From: an uncultured Acidimicrobiales bacterium
GTDB lineage: Bacteria; Actinomycetota; Acidimicrobiia; Acidimicrobiales; SHLQ01
Direction of reading: 5' to 3'
Length of the DNA stretch: 64,000 nucleotides
Assembly (NCBI GenBank): GCA_964451305.1
Contig: CAYVHV010000014.1
Location: 345 to 64,344 of the forward strand
This document shows, one piece after another, positions 36,669-47,661 of this stretch (position 1 is its first letter; each line of letters opens with the position of its first letter). A program made the position numbers and the translations under genes. The notes below the pieces were generated by a model. The model made no database searches. It had not been told where the DNA came from and worked only from the letters and a program-made list of their open reading frames with translations.

Positions 36669-37133
36669 GTGACTGCGCTCCTCATCGTGTATCCAGCTTC
36701 CTCGAAACCAGCCGACCCGGCAGATGCCGCGGGCGACCTTGGCTCGCTCCTCGGTGGTGCGGACTCTCTTCGATCGATTGTGGACGGCGCCGTCATCGAG
36801 ACCCAGCCGGGAAGCATCGTCTTTCACTACGGCAGCATCGATGCGGCCACCGCCGATCTTGCTCAGGTGAGCACCCATCCATCGGTGGCCCACGCCATCG
36901 TCGTTCCACAGAGTTCACCTCGTCCGGCGATCCGGCCGGTACGTCTCGCCCTTTTGGTGTGGACAGCGGTCTACGTGTTGTTGAACAGTCTGTTGATCGC
37001 GACCGCGCCGCTGCTTGGCGATGCCCCGCTTCTCGTGCGGACCTTTGTAGCCACAGTGATTCTCGTGCCGATCATCGTTTTGAAGGTGATCCCGTTCGTC
37101 AACCGACGATTCGTTCGGTGGTTAGCCCGGTAA
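36669..37133 (+). CDS. Membrane protein resembling the C-terminal TM hairpin of ABM-type proteins
   Basis: LALLVWTAVY..PLLVRTFV..VIPFVNRRFVRWL; TAGCCT-N6-GTG. Confidence 0.6.
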   Translation: MTALLIVYPASSKPADPADAAGDLGSLLGGADSLRSIVDGAVIETQPGSIVFHYGSIDAATADLAQVSTHPSVAHAIVVPQSSPRPAIRPVRLALLVWTAVYVLLNSLLIATAPLLGDAPLLVRTFVATVILVPIIVLKVIPFVNRRFVRWLAR

Positions 37134-37142
37134 CCTCGCCCT

Positions 37143-37859
37143 ATGAACGGCGATGTGATCATGCGAGCGATCGGCGTTACAAAGACCTACCGGAGCGGCG
37201 CAAACGAGGTGCACGCACTCAAGGGAGTGTCACTCGATGTGAACGCTGGTGATCTCATCACCGTGGTCGGGCCGTCGGGGAACGGGAAGACGACCTTGCT
37301 CAACTGTCTTTCGGGGATCGATTCGATCGATAGCGGCGAGGTCTTCATCGACGGTCAAGACATCCATACGTTGAGCGATTCGGCTCGTACCGCGCACCGG
37401 GCGGAGCGAATGGGCTTCATCTTTCAGAGCTTTAACTTGATTCCGGTTCTCAGCGCCCGAGAGAACGTCGAGATTCCGCTCGTCATTTCGGGAGCCAGCC
37501 GGCGTGATGCGTTCGAACGCGCCGGCGAGATGTTGACCCGCGTCGGGCTGGACAACCGGATCGATCACCGTCCGCGAGAGCTGTCGGGTGGGGAGCAACA
37601 GCGGGTCGCGATTGCACGGGCCTTGGTCACCGAACCAGCGATCGTGTGGGGAGACGAGCCGACGGGCAACCTCGACAGCGAAACCGCAGGATCGATCGTC
37701 GAGCTACTGCAAGAGGTCAACAACAATGGGCAAACCGTTGTGATGGTCACCCACGATAAATCAGTGGCATCGATCGGAAACCGAATCGTTGAAGTTCGAG
37801 ACGGCCAAGTTTCTCGAGACGACGACGGTTCGGCAGTGGGCGGCCCCGAAGGCTCGTGA
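37143..37859 (+). CDS. ABC ATP-binding protein (LolD/MacB type)
   Basis: [40 protein letters not shown]. Confidence 0.95.
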   Translation: MNGDVIMRAIGVTKTYRSGANEVHALKGVSLDVNAGDLITVVGPSGNGKTTLLNCLSGIDSIDSGEVFIDGQDIHTLSDSARTAHRAERMGFIFQSFNLIPVLSARENVEIPLVISGASRRDAFERAGEMLTRVGLDNRIDHRPRELSGGEQQRVAIARALVTEPAIVWGDEPTGNLDSETAGSIVELLQEVNNNGQTVVMVTHDKSVASIGNRIVEVRDGQVSRDDDGSAVGGPEGS

Positions 37860-40747
37860 CCACCCTTTTCGTTCTCGCCCTGATCGCAGCCTTCGTTGGA
37901 ATCCCGGCACTAGTCGATCTCGTTCGTCGCAGTGATCTGCGCCGAATGGCGATCCGTAACACCGTCAGGCGCCCATTCGAAACGGTGTTGATCATCGTTG
38001 GGTCGGCGCTCGGCACGGCGATCATCGTTGCTGCGCTCATGGTCGGTGACACCTTCGAAGCGAGCATCCTCGACATCGTTCGCCGCAACCTTGGTGAGGT
38101 CGACCTCGTCATCGAGGTGGAGAGCGCGAACGACGCCGAGCTTCTCGCTTCGGTTCTCGCCGACACTCCTCCCGAATCGGTCGACGGGGTCCTGACGCTT
38201 CGTGGCGTTGGAGTTGCGGCGGCGGCCGGTTCGCAACAAGATCCGATCGCCACGTCGCCGGATCGACCCGTCGAACCAGCGATCAGCGTCAATGCGGTCG
38301 ACTTTGCGGAGTTCGAATCGTTCGGTAGCTCGCCGTCGCAATGGAGCTTGGTTGGAGTGCCCGACCCTGGTTTCGACGGCGCCGTGATCAACGACGAGCT
38401 CGCCACCGACCTCGAACTCACGGTCGGCAATACGGTCACCCTCTTCGCTATCGGAACCGAGATCGAGCTAGATGTCGTCGCCATCGTCGACGCGAGCGGA
38501 CTCGGTGGTTGGAGCGACATGTACGTTGCAAACGACCTGTTCGAAGAGCTCGGAGTGCCAGATGCGTTGACCTTCGACGCCGTTGCGGTGTCGTTGGAGG
38601 GAACACTCTTCGACTCGACCGGCCCGATCGTCGACGAAGCTATCGAAGAGATCACCGGGCTCGTCGAGGGGTCGCCTGACGGTGAGCAGATCCTGGCGTC
38701 GTCACCCGCTGACGGCCTGCTCATCGACCCGATTAAACAGGTCTTGGTCGACGACGCGGCAGAAGAAGATGAAGAACTGACGACGCTGTTCTTCGTCGTC
38801 GGCGGATTTAGCGTCCTCGCCGGGGCCCTCCTACTCATCAACCTTTTCGTGATGCTGAGCGAAGAACGGAAGCCGAACCTCGGCGTGCTCCGTGCGATCG
38901 GCTGGAACCGGCGAACGCTACGACGGGCGTTTCGTACCGAGGGGTTGATCTACGCTCTGCCAGCATCGATCGGCGGTTCGGTACTCGGCATGGGGGTTGG
39001 TTGGGTCATCGTCCAGCTCACCCGGTCGATCCTCTCAGGCCGTAACCCCAACGGGAACTTCGAGCTCCTGACCACGATCCAGCTCGAGAGCTTGTTCATC
39101 GCAGGTCTGAGCGGGTTTGTTATTGCCATGCTGGCGATCTTGTTCACGTCATGGCGGATCAGCCGGCTGAACATCGTCACGGCCATTCGAGATCTGCCAT
39201 CACCGACCACAACACGGGGGACATCGGTGCGAGCCATCGCGGCAACGCTCGCCGTCGCCCTCGGCGTCATTTCGTTCGTGATCGGCCAGCCAGCAGCGAA
39301 CCCGTACCTGACCTTGGTCAGCGTGCCCCTCGTCGTTCTTGGGCTCGCCGTGCTGCTTCGCTCGTTTATCTCGCCGCTCGTGCTCAGCGCCACCGGCGGA
39401 GCGATCGTTATCGCGTGGGGGCTGCTGATCTTCGAGGTGCTTCCAGACGACACCAATGTAGAAGTGCAGTTCTTCCTGGCCTACGGAGTGGTGGTCGTGG
39501 CCGCCGGTGTTGCATTGGCGACAGTGTCGGGAACGCTGTTCCAACGTTTGGCATCTCGGTCAGCGTCGGGTGGGGTCGCTGCTCGTCTTGCGTTGGCCTA
39601 TCCAACCGCTCGGGTATTCCGCACCGCATCATCTCTCGGGATGTACTCGCTCATCATTTTCAGCTTGGCGTTCATGGCGGTTCTTGCCGAAGGAATTCAG
39701 GCGCAATCCGATGACATCGTCGCGCAGAGCGCCGTCGGCCACGACCTCCTCGTCCAATCGCTCAGCGCGAATCCGATCGACCCCGTCGACGTCGCGCAGT
39801 TCGACGGTGTGGCCTCCGCGAGTGCAATCACTCGAACGTTCACGGAATGGTCTTCAGACTTTCGACCCGATACCGCAGACGAGCCACGAGGTTCGAGCCT
39901 GAGTAGCGCCGACGCATCGTTCATTCTGGAGAACGCACCAGCGCTCATCGAACGCGACTCGCGCTTTTCGACCGACGCGGAAGCGTTCCAGTTCGTGCTC
40001 GACAACCGTGATGCCATCATTGCCCCGATCACGTTGTTCGGTGGTAGCGACGAGTTCGAACCATCGATCGGTGACACAGTCGTGGCCGTCGAGGCCGACG
40101 CCGAGTTTGAGATCATCGGCGTATACGACAATGACTTCACCTTTCCCGGAATATGGATCAACCCCGAGGCTCTCATTGAGATCGACCCTGAAGCCCGGGC
40201 AACCCGGCTGTATGTGAGCGTGGCCGACGGAACCGATGCGGACGCCATCGGTGAACGGATCGAAGCGGAGTTCCTTCCAAACGGTGCCCAGGCCGAGACG
40301 TTTCAGGCCCGAGTCGACCGTTTCCTCGAAGCGAACATCGCATTCTTCAGCCTGCTTCGGGGCTACCTCTTGCTCGGCCTCATTATCGGGATTGGCGGTC
40401 TTGCCGTGACGCTCTCGCGGGCTGTTCGAGAACGCCGCCGCCAGATCGGGATGCTGCGCTCGATGGGGCTCAACAGTGCTGGCGTCGGGCGCTGGTTTCT
40501 TGGGGAGGCTGCATTCATCTCGGTCATGGGCATCGTCTGTGGTGCCGGCCTCGGTGTGCTGTCCGCATACTTCTTGGCCACTCGGTCCGGCGCGGTGGAC
40601 GGAGATCAAACACCGTTCGCTGTTCCGTGGGGTTCGATGCTGGCACTCATTGTGATCCCGTTGGTCGCCAGCGCTATCGCGGCGGTTGCGCCTGCCCGCA
40701 AAGCCGCCGCGCTACGACCGAGCGAAGCACTCCGCCTCGCAGCCTAA
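37856..40747 (+). CDS. FtsX/MacB-like ABC permease with two repeats
   Basis: [14 protein letters not shown] and [33 protein letters not shown] overlap with the ATPase gene. Confidence 0.9.
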   Translation: MTTLFVLALIAAFVGIPALVDLVRRSDLRRMAIRNTVRRPFETVLIIVGSALGTAIIVAALMVGDTFEASILDIVRRNLGEVDLVIEVESANDAELLASVLADTPPESVDGVLTLRGVGVAAAAGSQQDPIATSPDRPVEPAISVNAVDFAEFESFGSSPSQWSLVGVPDPGFDGAVINDELATDLELTVGNTVTLFAIGTEIELDVVAIVDASGLGGWSDMYVANDLFEELGVPDALTFDAVAVSLEGTLFDSTGPIVDEAIEEITGLVEGSPDGEQILASSPADGLLIDPIKQVLVDDAAEEDEELTTLFFVVGGFSVLAGALLLINLFVMLSEERKPNLGVLRAIGWNRRTLRRAFRTEGLIYALPASIGGSVLGMGVGWVIVQLTRSILSGRNPNGNFELLTTIQLESLFIAGLSGFVIAMLAILFTSWRISRLNIVTAIRDLPSPTTTRGTSVRAIAATLAVALGVISFVIGQPAANPYLTLVSVPLVVLGLAVLLRSFISPLVLSATGGAIVIAWGLLIFEVLPDDTNVEVQFFLAYGVVVVAAGVALATVSGTLFQRLASRSASGGVAARLALAYPTARVFRTASSLGMYSLIIFSLAFMAVLAEGIQAQSDDIVAQSAVGHDLLVQSLSANPIDPVDVAQFDGVASASAITRTFTEWSSDFRPDTADEPRGSSLSSADASFILENAPALIERDSRFSTDAEAFQFVLDNRDAIIAPITLFGGSDEFEPSIGDTVVAVEADAEFEIIGVYDNDFTFPGIWINPEALIEIDPEARATRLYVSVADGTDADAIGERIEAEFLPNGAQAETFQARVDRFLEANIAFFSLLRGYLLLGLIIGIGGLAVTLSRAVRERRRQIGMLRSMGLNSAGVGRWFLGEAAFISVMGIVCGAGLGVLSAYFLATRSGAVDGDQTPFAVPWGSMLALIVIPLVASAIAAVAPARKAAALRPSEALRLAA

Positions 40748-40826
40748 GTGCGCCGCAGGTTCGGCATCGTGCACGGGAAAGCAGCACGGGAAATAGAGGC
40801 GACGTGTCCGACGTTGGCTTGAGACG

Positions 40827-41462
40827 ATGACGAACATAGCGCCAGCGATCGAACGATTCCGCAGAGATACCGATGCTCCCGCCGTGCTTGCCGCAACCAT
40901 CGACAGAGACGGAGGATTCGAGGTCGAAGCCGTCGGTATTCGTCGACGAGACGAGCCATCGACCGTGGTCTCGATCGACGACCAAGTCCATATTGGATCG
41001 TGCGGGAAGGCAATGACGAGCGCGCTCTACGCACGACTGGTCGAAGTGGGCCCGGTCGTTATCGGGAAAGGAAATGTGATCGGGGCCGAACACAAATACC
41101 CCGACAATCCCGCGCTGTTGACCCCAGCAGGGCGCTATCACCTCACCCTCCACGACTGGGCGCGGTTCATCACGGTGATCCTTCGAAACGGAGACGGGTT
41201 CCTCACCTCCGACAGCATCGAACGGTTGACCACGATGCCGACGAGTGGCTCCGATGGGTTCGCAATGGGATGGGCTGACGCGCAGCACAGTGGCGGATCG
41301 ATCGCCATGCAAGGTTCGAACACCCTATGGTCGGCGACCGTCTTCATCGATGAGCACATGACGATTGCCTCGCTGGTGGCCGTAAACGATGGCCGTCGAC
41401 GCATTCTCGAGAACTCTGCACACCTCGCTCACGGGCTCGTCTTTGGTACCGCTCCCACGTAA
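40827..41462 (+). pseudogene. Serine hydrolase / beta-lactamase class C family gene with in-frame internal deletion
   Basis: HIGSCGKAMTS (SxxK) and C-terminal DNP..LTPAG, QGSNT are present, but the LLTH and YSN segments are missing; only 211 aa. Confidence 0.6.
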
Positions 41463-41482
41463 GGGGTGGAGGTGAATCGCTG

Positions 41483-42073
41483 CTAGGAGCGATGACCTCC
41501 GGCATTCCAACCGTTGTTTGACAGGTGGGTGCTCGCGAACTCGAACGGTGCATCTTCGAGTGGAGTCTGGAGCGTGTCGTTCCAACGATTGAGGAAACCA
41601 AAGAGCGAAATAACGCTGACGATCTCGACGACTTGTTCTTCGGAGAAATGCTCTGCGAGAGCATCAAAGTGCGCGGCCGTCGATGCGTTCGGCGTGACGC
41701 TTGCGTCGCGGGCGAGGGCCAACGCAGCCCGCTCTGCGGGGGAGAAGAGATCGCTCGTCTCGAACAACCACACGTTCTCGACCTTCTCAGCAGCGATTCC
41801 TTTGTGCACTGCGCCTTCGGCGGTGTGGGCTTGGCAGTACATGCACCCGGCGGCCGTCGACGAGATCTGCGCGATAAGGGCCTTGAGGCCAATGTCGACA
41901 GACCCAGGCCCCATGACCGCTGGAGCGAGCGGTGCGAACGCTTTAAGCACGGCGGGGGTACGGGCCATCACGAGCAGCGATGTCGGGACGTACCCGGTCG
42001 CTGCCTCGATTGCATTGAACATCTCGTCCAGCTCGGTGAGGGCCTGTCGTTCCATTGGTTCTATGCGTGCCAT
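41483..42073 (-). CDS. Carboxymuconolactone decarboxylase / AhpD-like peroxidase family protein
   Basis: AGCMYCQAH, FSPAERAAL, FGFLNRWNDTL. Confidence 0.9.
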   Translation of the reverse strand: MARIEPMERQALTELDEMFNAIEAATGYVPTSLLVMARTPAVLKAFAPLAPAVMGPGSVDIGLKALIAQISSTAAGCMYCQAHTAEGAVHKGIAAEKVENVWLFETSDLFSPAERAALALARDASVTPNASTAAHFDALAEHFSEEQVVEIVSVISLFGFLNRWNDTLQTPLEDAPFEFASTHLSNNGWNAGGHRS

Positions 42074-42186
42074 GGTCTTCTCCAGAGGGTTCTTTTGGGT
42101 TGTGACAATATTGGTAACAGTGGTTTAGTCAGAACAGTAACGAGTCGATACGAGATTATGCGAACGTTTCGACCGTGGGCGCGTCT

Positions 42187-44022
42187 ATGAAAGGGCTGCG
42201 TCGTTCTTGGATCATCACTGCTGTGGTCGGCACACTCTTCGTCGTCGCGGTCCTAAGCGCGATTTTCGAGAGTCGCGAAGCGTTGCACTACCGCGAAACC
42301 GGCCGTGCGTCTACACAACTCGAGCTCGCAGCGCACACGCTGTCAATGATCGAACTGATCGAAGCGCCTCCCGCCGGAGTCGAGCTGGAAGAAGCCGATG
42401 CTGTAGCCCTCCTCGAAGATGAAACTGCCTTCGCTCGGACAGGCCTTAATGCAGATGAGCAAACTCGGGCGGTGCAACTGGTTGGGGGTCTGGTCAACAA
42501 CGCGGAGATCGATGGGCAAACCGAACGTGAGGAGATTGAAGAACTCCTGCAGATTCTTCATGACGATGCAGAACTGGCCGAACAGCGCGGCACCGAAGCC
42601 GAAACCTCAGCCTTTCGATGGATTTTGCTCTCAGCGATCACCGGAGTTGGAATCGTTTGGCTCGTGCTCAGTGCTCAGCGACGTACGAGAAGGCTCAGAC
42701 AGAATCTGAAAGAGCAAGCATTCACCGACTTCTTGACCAGACTGCCGAATCGTCGCGAGCTGGCGGTCTGCTTTGATATCGCAAAAGAAGAAATGGAGCG
42801 CGACGATGTCCTTACCGCTCTCCTCTACATGGATCTCGATGGATTCAAAGAGATCAACGATGCCGGGGGCCACGACACCGGTGATCAGATCCTGAAGGTG
42901 GTTGCCGAAAAGCTGAGCGCAGCGACGATGAGCGATAACGAGACGCTCGTTCGACTTGGCGGTGACGAGTTCGGTGTCGTGGTTCGCAATCTCGAATCTG
43001 TTGAGGAAGCGCGTACGGTAGCGGAGCGCTTCCGGACCTCGCTGTCCAACAATTCAGGACCGGGTGATGTTCTCCATATCAGCGTCGGACTGGCCGTCTG
43101 CGACGACGTGGAAATGCTCAGCGAGTTGCAGAGCCAAGCGAACCTCGCCATGTACGAAGCGAAGAAACGGCAGGGTTCCTCTGTCACCTTGTATGAAGAG
43201 CGCATGAGTGAGGCCGCCAACATGACGGCCGGGCTATTGCTCGCCCTTCGCAACGCTGAGCTCGACCAGGAGTTCTCGCTCGAGTACCAGCCAGTCGTCG
43301 CCATCGACAGTGATGACGTGTTCTTCGTCGAGGCGTTACTCCGCTGGAACAGTCCGTCGCTCGGCCGGGTCAATCCCAACGACTTCATCCCTCTTGCCGA
43401 AAGCAGCGGCGAGATCCAACGGATCGGTGATTGGGTCATTCGGAGCGCATTCGAGCAGCACGTGGCATGGCAGGACGACGCCTTGACAAGGGACCTGTCG
43501 ATCTCGGTCAACGTTTCGATCAATCAACTCGAAGACGATGACTTCGTGGTTCGCCTTCTCTCCACCGCAAGCGAATTCAGCAGTGTCGACCCGTCGAAGT
43601 TGATTATCGAAGTAACCGAGTCGTCGGCTTCTGGATCGGTGGTCATGGAACGGCTCGCTGAGCTCCGGGCAGCCGGCTACCGGGTTGCTATCGACGACTT
43701 CGGATCTGGGTATTCGAATCTCGCGCAGCTGATCCAGACCCCGTTCGACATCTTGAAGATCGACCGGCAACTCATCGCAAGTCTCGAGGAGAGCGACGCG
43801 AGTGGGGTCACGTCGATCGACGTCCTCGCAGCGATCGGTGCAATCGCTCGGGCCCAGGGTGCTCCAGTCGTGTGTGAGGGCGTCGAAGAACAACATCAGC
43901 TCGCGCCGCTGATCAGCGCCGAGATCTCTCATATCCAAGGATGGCTGATCTCAAAGTCGGTGCCAGCAGACGAACTGCGTACCTTCCTCGCCCACAACGC
44001 TTCGGTCGCGTCCGCCGCATAG
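42187..44022 (+). CDS. Membrane-bound diguanylate cyclase/phosphodiesterase (GGDEF-EAL)
   Basis: Two TM, TDFLTRLPNRR, DLDGFKEIND, RLGGDEF, EALLRW, DDFGSG, KIDR, EGVE, QG. Confidence 0.93.
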   Translation: MKGLRRSWIITAVVGTLFVVAVLSAIFESREALHYRETGRASTQLELAAHTLSMIELIEAPPAGVELEEADAVALLEDETAFARTGLNADEQTRAVQLVGGLVNNAEIDGQTEREEIEELLQILHDDAELAEQRGTEAETSAFRWILLSAITGVGIVWLVLSAQRRTRRLRQNLKEQAFTDFLTRLPNRRELAVCFDIAKEEMERDDVLTALLYMDLDGFKEINDAGGHDTGDQILKVVAEKLSAATMSDNETLVRLGGDEFGVVVRNLESVEEARTVAERFRTSLSNNSGPGDVLHISVGLAVCDDVEMLSELQSQANLAMYEAKKRQGSSVTLYEERMSEAANMTAGLLLALRNAELDQEFSLEYQPVVAIDSDDVFFVEALLRWNSPSLGRVNPNDFIPLAESSGEIQRIGDWVIRSAFEQHVAWQDDALTRDLSISVNVSINQLEDDDFVVRLLSTASEFSSVDPSKLIIEVTESSASGSVVMERLAELRAAGYRVAIDDFGSGYSNLAQLIQTPFDILKIDRQLIASLEESDASGVTSIDVLAAIGAIARAQGAPVVCEGVEEQHQLAPLISAEISHIQGWLISKSVPADELRTFLAHNASVASAA

Positions 44023-44175
44023 CGATTTTCAGCGGCATCAGCGGCGCCGAACCGCAGGTGGTGTAGGTCTCTCGGCCTGGTTTTTCCTCGTGAGATCGCG
44101 ATTGGGTAGGGGTGTTTCGGTGGTTGGGTAGGCGCGGCCTTGCACTGTCAGCGAGGATCGAGAGACCCTCGATAC

Positions 44176-44745
44176 ATGACACGTTTACGTGCACGCCAAC
44201 TCGATCGAACGCAGACGTTCGAACAGTTCTATGAGTCGAACGTCGATCAGCTGTACGGCTTTTTGCGTATCCGGTCGAGTGCTGCTCTCGCCGAAGAGTT
44301 AACCGCCGAGGTATTCGTCTCTGCGTTTGAACGCTGGACCGATGAGTCACCGCTGACCACCGGTTGGCTCTTCACCGTTGCTCGGCGTCGCTTGGTCGAT
44401 GAGTGGCGTACATGCGCCCGGATCGACAAACGATTCCAGAGGCTCGTCCCAACGGCACAAACGACGTGTCCTGATAGATCGAGCGAATCCGAGGCACGGG
44501 TAACGGTACTCACCGTGCTGGACGAGTTGCCGAAACCGTATCGACAGGCGTTAATCCTGCGTTACGTCGATGACCTGTCGCTTGGAGATGTCGCCGAAGT
44601 GCTTGAACGCTCCAAGCAAGCAACAGAATCTCTTCTCGCACGAGCACGTCGAACATTCGCCACCCTGTACAAAGCGGCCGATGTCGTCGATGACCATTCG
44701 CCAGTAGGGCGCCAGCATTCTCGTGGCCTCGCCGTCTCGCGATGA
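44176..44745 (+). CDS. ECF RNA polymerase sigma-70 factor
   Basis: AEELTAEVF, WLFTVARRRLVDEWR, LPKPYRQALILRYVDDLS..VAEVL..ESLLARAR. Confidence 0.9.
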   Translation: MTRLRARQLDRTQTFEQFYESNVDQLYGFLRIRSSAALAEELTAEVFVSAFERWTDESPLTTGWLFTVARRRLVDEWRTCARIDKRFQRLVPTAQTTCPDRSSESEARVTVLTVLDELPKPYRQALILRYVDDLSLGDVAEVLERSKQATESLLARARRTFATLYKAADVVDDHSPVGRQHSRGLAVSR

Positions 44746-44857
44746 GCTCCGTTCGCTGCTTCGTCGGGCGGCTGGACAACCGGCACCACGACGCGTCAAA
44801 GCGCGCGTAAAACAAAAGCTCAAGGATGCTGGCTACATCACAAAAAAGTAAAGCGAA

Positions 44858-47440
44858 CTAGGGGTCCGCGCTCGTCCAAATGTCGGTGAGTTGACCCCTG
44901 CTCGTGATGTCGAGCTTCCGGTATATCCGCTCGAGGTGTCGCCCGACGGTTCGAGCCGACAGGTACAGCGCCTCGCCGACCTCTCCATTTGAGCGGCCTT
45001 CAACGACGAGTTCGACCACCTCTGCCTCCCGTTCGGTGAGCACGGGAGTCATGGCTTCGTACAGGGGCGACATCGCGTTTGGATCTAACGCAGCGAATCG
45101 GTGGCTTCGGCGTTCGGCACGAAGCGCGTCGGAACTATTTCCTGATGCGAGCAGGAACCGCTGGGCGCCAGCAGCCATGTCCCACGCAAGTCCGCGTGCG
45201 CCGTAGTGCTCGGCCGCGAGGCTCAACTCGGCGAGGCGGGCGCCGTCCTGAGCGAGATGAGCGGCAGCCTCGTCGGCATAGAGCTGGGCGAGGCCCGGCC
45301 CAGCGGACTGACAAATCTCGGTAAGTCGTTCGACCGTACTTTCGGTTGCGGGATCGCCGAATGCGAACTCGTAGCGAAGCGCAAACAGCTCGGCGAGAGC
45401 GTCGCCTCGCCACCGTGCGGTATCGAGCGCTCGCTGGCGGAGAGCTTCGGACTCTTCTCCGTCGCGGCGCGCCGCCCTCGACGCGGCGAGACAGATCATC
45501 GCGCCAGCGAGGGCATAAACCGACGGCTCGGCCTTCTCGGCCATCTCCACCAAGTGTGCGGATCCGACGGTGAAGTCTTTCGCTCGGCTCTTGGCAAAGA
45601 GCTGGTAGCCGAACCCGAGAAGCTTTGAGGTACGTTCGGTCGATCGACGTTCGAGCTCGGTCATGTTGAACGCCGCGGTGAGCGCATCGCCGACGTTCAG
45701 CCCGATCGCATTAACGATGAGATCGACGAGCTCGAGTGACGTTGCGACGTCAGCGTCTCCAGATCCTGCGTATGCGAGCCGAAGGTCGGCATTACTCGAT
45801 AGCGCTGCGTCGATCCCACGAGACCAGGCCTGAGCAAAGTGGGCTGTCTGGTTCATGCGAATTGTCGTGAATGCCAGGCTTGCTTCCATGGCGTAGTCGT
45901 TCAGCATCTCGTGGACAACGGGAATGTTGAGCATCATCCACGACAGAACCGACTGATCGAGACAAACCAGCTCTTTGGCTCTGGGGTCGAGTTCCTCAGT
46001 AAGCATCGTCCCGTGCGCTCGATAGAGCGGTTCGATGGGTTCAAAGAGTTCCTTGACCCGGAACTGCATTGCTCGTGCGATCTGATTTGCCCGACCTGTG
46101 GTCTTGTCTACGACCACACCCGCGAACTCGAGTGATTCCGCCGGGTCGCCCCGGTACTCAAACGATGCGTCGAGCCACATCAGGTAAATCTCGTCGGCCT
46201 GAGCTGCTGAGGCAGACTCGACAGCCCGCTCGAAGAGTGCATCAGCCTTATCCCAATCGCGCACCATCGCGAATGCCATTGCGGTTTGTGCCGCGACGAT
46301 CGGGTCGCCGGTTTGGTCGAGGAGCGCAGAGCCGAGCTGCTGAATAACCGTTGGTTGGCGGGAGCGGGTAGCGGTCTGGAATGCAGAGCGGAGGGCATCT
46401 TCGTCTACTGGTTCGTCGGCCGCGAGGCGAAGCAAGGTCGTCTGGAAGCTGTCACCATCAGCGGCATCGATCGCGTCTGCGAGTTCAACGCGCAACCGTC
46501 GCAACGCATCTGGCGTCAAGCTGGCTGTCGCCGTCTCGCCAAAGAGCGGATGCGAGACGAAGAACTTCTCGTCTTTGACGTTGCAGACGCGGCTATCGAG
46601 AAGGAGGCGCACGCCGTCATCGCCAGCGAGTCGGCTGATGACGTCAACTGGAGCCGATCCTCCGACCGCGATCAGTTCCAGGGCTCGGCGAGCAGCTGGA
46701 TCGAGCGCGTGCACGTTTCGGCCGACGAGTTCGATCAGCTGGGGTGGCAGACCTGTAGGCGGGGTGATCGATGCTCCGGACTCGCTCGGAGTCAAACGAT
46801 TGTTCAACATCGCGTCGACGAGCAGCTCACGAAGGAAGAGCGGGTGGCCAGCTGCAGTGTCCCAGAGCCATTGTTGGGTGTTGGCGTCGAGCTCGCCGAC
46901 CATGAGCGACGCGAGCATTTCTTGGCTGGCCTGAGTCATGGGCGATACGCCGACTCGATCGAGAAGGCCGTCCTTCCACAGCGATTCGGCCGCGGGCGAA
47001 ACCGGATCGCTCGACCGGTGGGTCGCGAACACGAGGGCAAGTTCCGCTGCGGCGATGCGGTGAATGAGTGCCGCCGACGCGTCATCGAGTCGTTGGATAT
47101 CGTCGACGAGCATCGCGACGGTTCCGTTTCGCGCTCGGCGTGTAAGAGCGGACAACACGAGACGAGCAAGATCTCCTTCTTGGTCGAGGTCGACCAAGCC
47201 GAGGAGGGGAGCGAGGGGAATGTCGGCGGTTGCTTGTGCGCCGATGATCTCGATCACATCAAAGTCGTACGCCTCGAGGACGGCCTTGGTCTCGTCGAGC
47301 AGTCGGGTCTTGCCAACGCCTGCTGGTCCAGAGAAGAACAGGCCGCGAGCGTCGTTGACTGCTGATTCGATGAGCTGTCGTTCGTGGACGCGCCCGACTA
47401 GGGGCGTCGCACCAACCGTTATTCGTTCTTCGTTCCTCAC
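44858..47440 (-). CDS. Large ATP-binding LuxR-family (LAL) regulator
   Basis: LVGR..E, GPAGVGKTRL, VDDIQRLD, GHPLFL, LTEREAEVV..LSARTVGRHLERIYRKL; start codon uncertain. Confidence 0.88.
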   Translation of the reverse strand: MRNEERITVGATPLVGRVHERQLIESAVNDARGLFFSGPAGVGKTRLLDETKAVLEAYDFDVIEIIGAQATADIPLAPLLGLVDLDQEGDLARLVLSALTRRARNGTVAMLVDDIQRLDDASAALIHRIAAAELALVFATHRSSDPVSPAAESLWKDGLLDRVGVSPMTQASQEMLASLMVGELDANTQQWLWDTAAGHPLFLRELLVDAMLNNRLTPSESGASITPPTGLPPQLIELVGRNVHALDPAARRALELIAVGGSAPVDVISRLAGDDGVRLLLDSRVCNVKDEKFFVSHPLFGETATASLTPDALRRLRVELADAIDAADGDSFQTTLLRLAADEPVDEDALRSAFQTATRSRQPTVIQQLGSALLDQTGDPIVAAQTAMAFAMVRDWDKADALFERAVESASAAQADEIYLMWLDASFEYRGDPAESLEFAGVVVDKTTGRANQIARAMQFRVKELFEPIEPLYRAHGTMLTEELDPRAKELVCLDQSVLSWMMLNIPVVHEMLNDYAMEASLAFTTIRMNQTAHFAQAWSRGIDAALSSNADLRLAYAGSGDADVATSLELVDLIVNAIGLNVGDALTAAFNMTELERRSTERTSKLLGFGYQLFAKSRAKDFTVGSAHLVEMAEKAEPSVYALAGAMICLAASRAARRDGEESEALRQRALDTARWRGDALAELFALRYEFAFGDPATESTVERLTEICQSAGPGLAQLYADEAAAHLAQDGARLAELSLAAEHYGARGLAWDMAAGAQRFLLASGNSSDALRAERRSHRFAALDPNAMSPLYEAMTPVLTEREAEVVELVVEGRSNGEVGEALYLSARTVGRHLERIYRKLDITSRGQLTDIWTSADP

Positions 47441-47661
47441 CTCGACCCCCGCAGCGGCAAGAATAGAAAACACGACCCGCACTGAGCGAACCGAGTGGCA
47501 CGAATTAACAAACTCTCCACAATTCGAAACGACCTGGTCGACGTGAAGATCTACAGACGGCTGCTGTTCGTTGGTTGGGTAACGCAATCGCGTATGGTTC
47601 ACTGGACGGCGGTCAGCGGCACGGCGCATCTTTTGGCGCCGGCCATGGAAACGAGGAAGCA

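Noticed and set aside
42080..42107. ECF41-type promoter (TGTCACA -35) upstream of the CMD/AhpD gene
   Set aside because: No CGTC/TGTC -10 at the expected 16-nt spacing, and it would collide with the RBS
44790..44857. Hairpin plus A-runs between the ECF and LAL genes as a terminator
   Set aside because: The A-tract is on the wrong side of the weak stem for either strand
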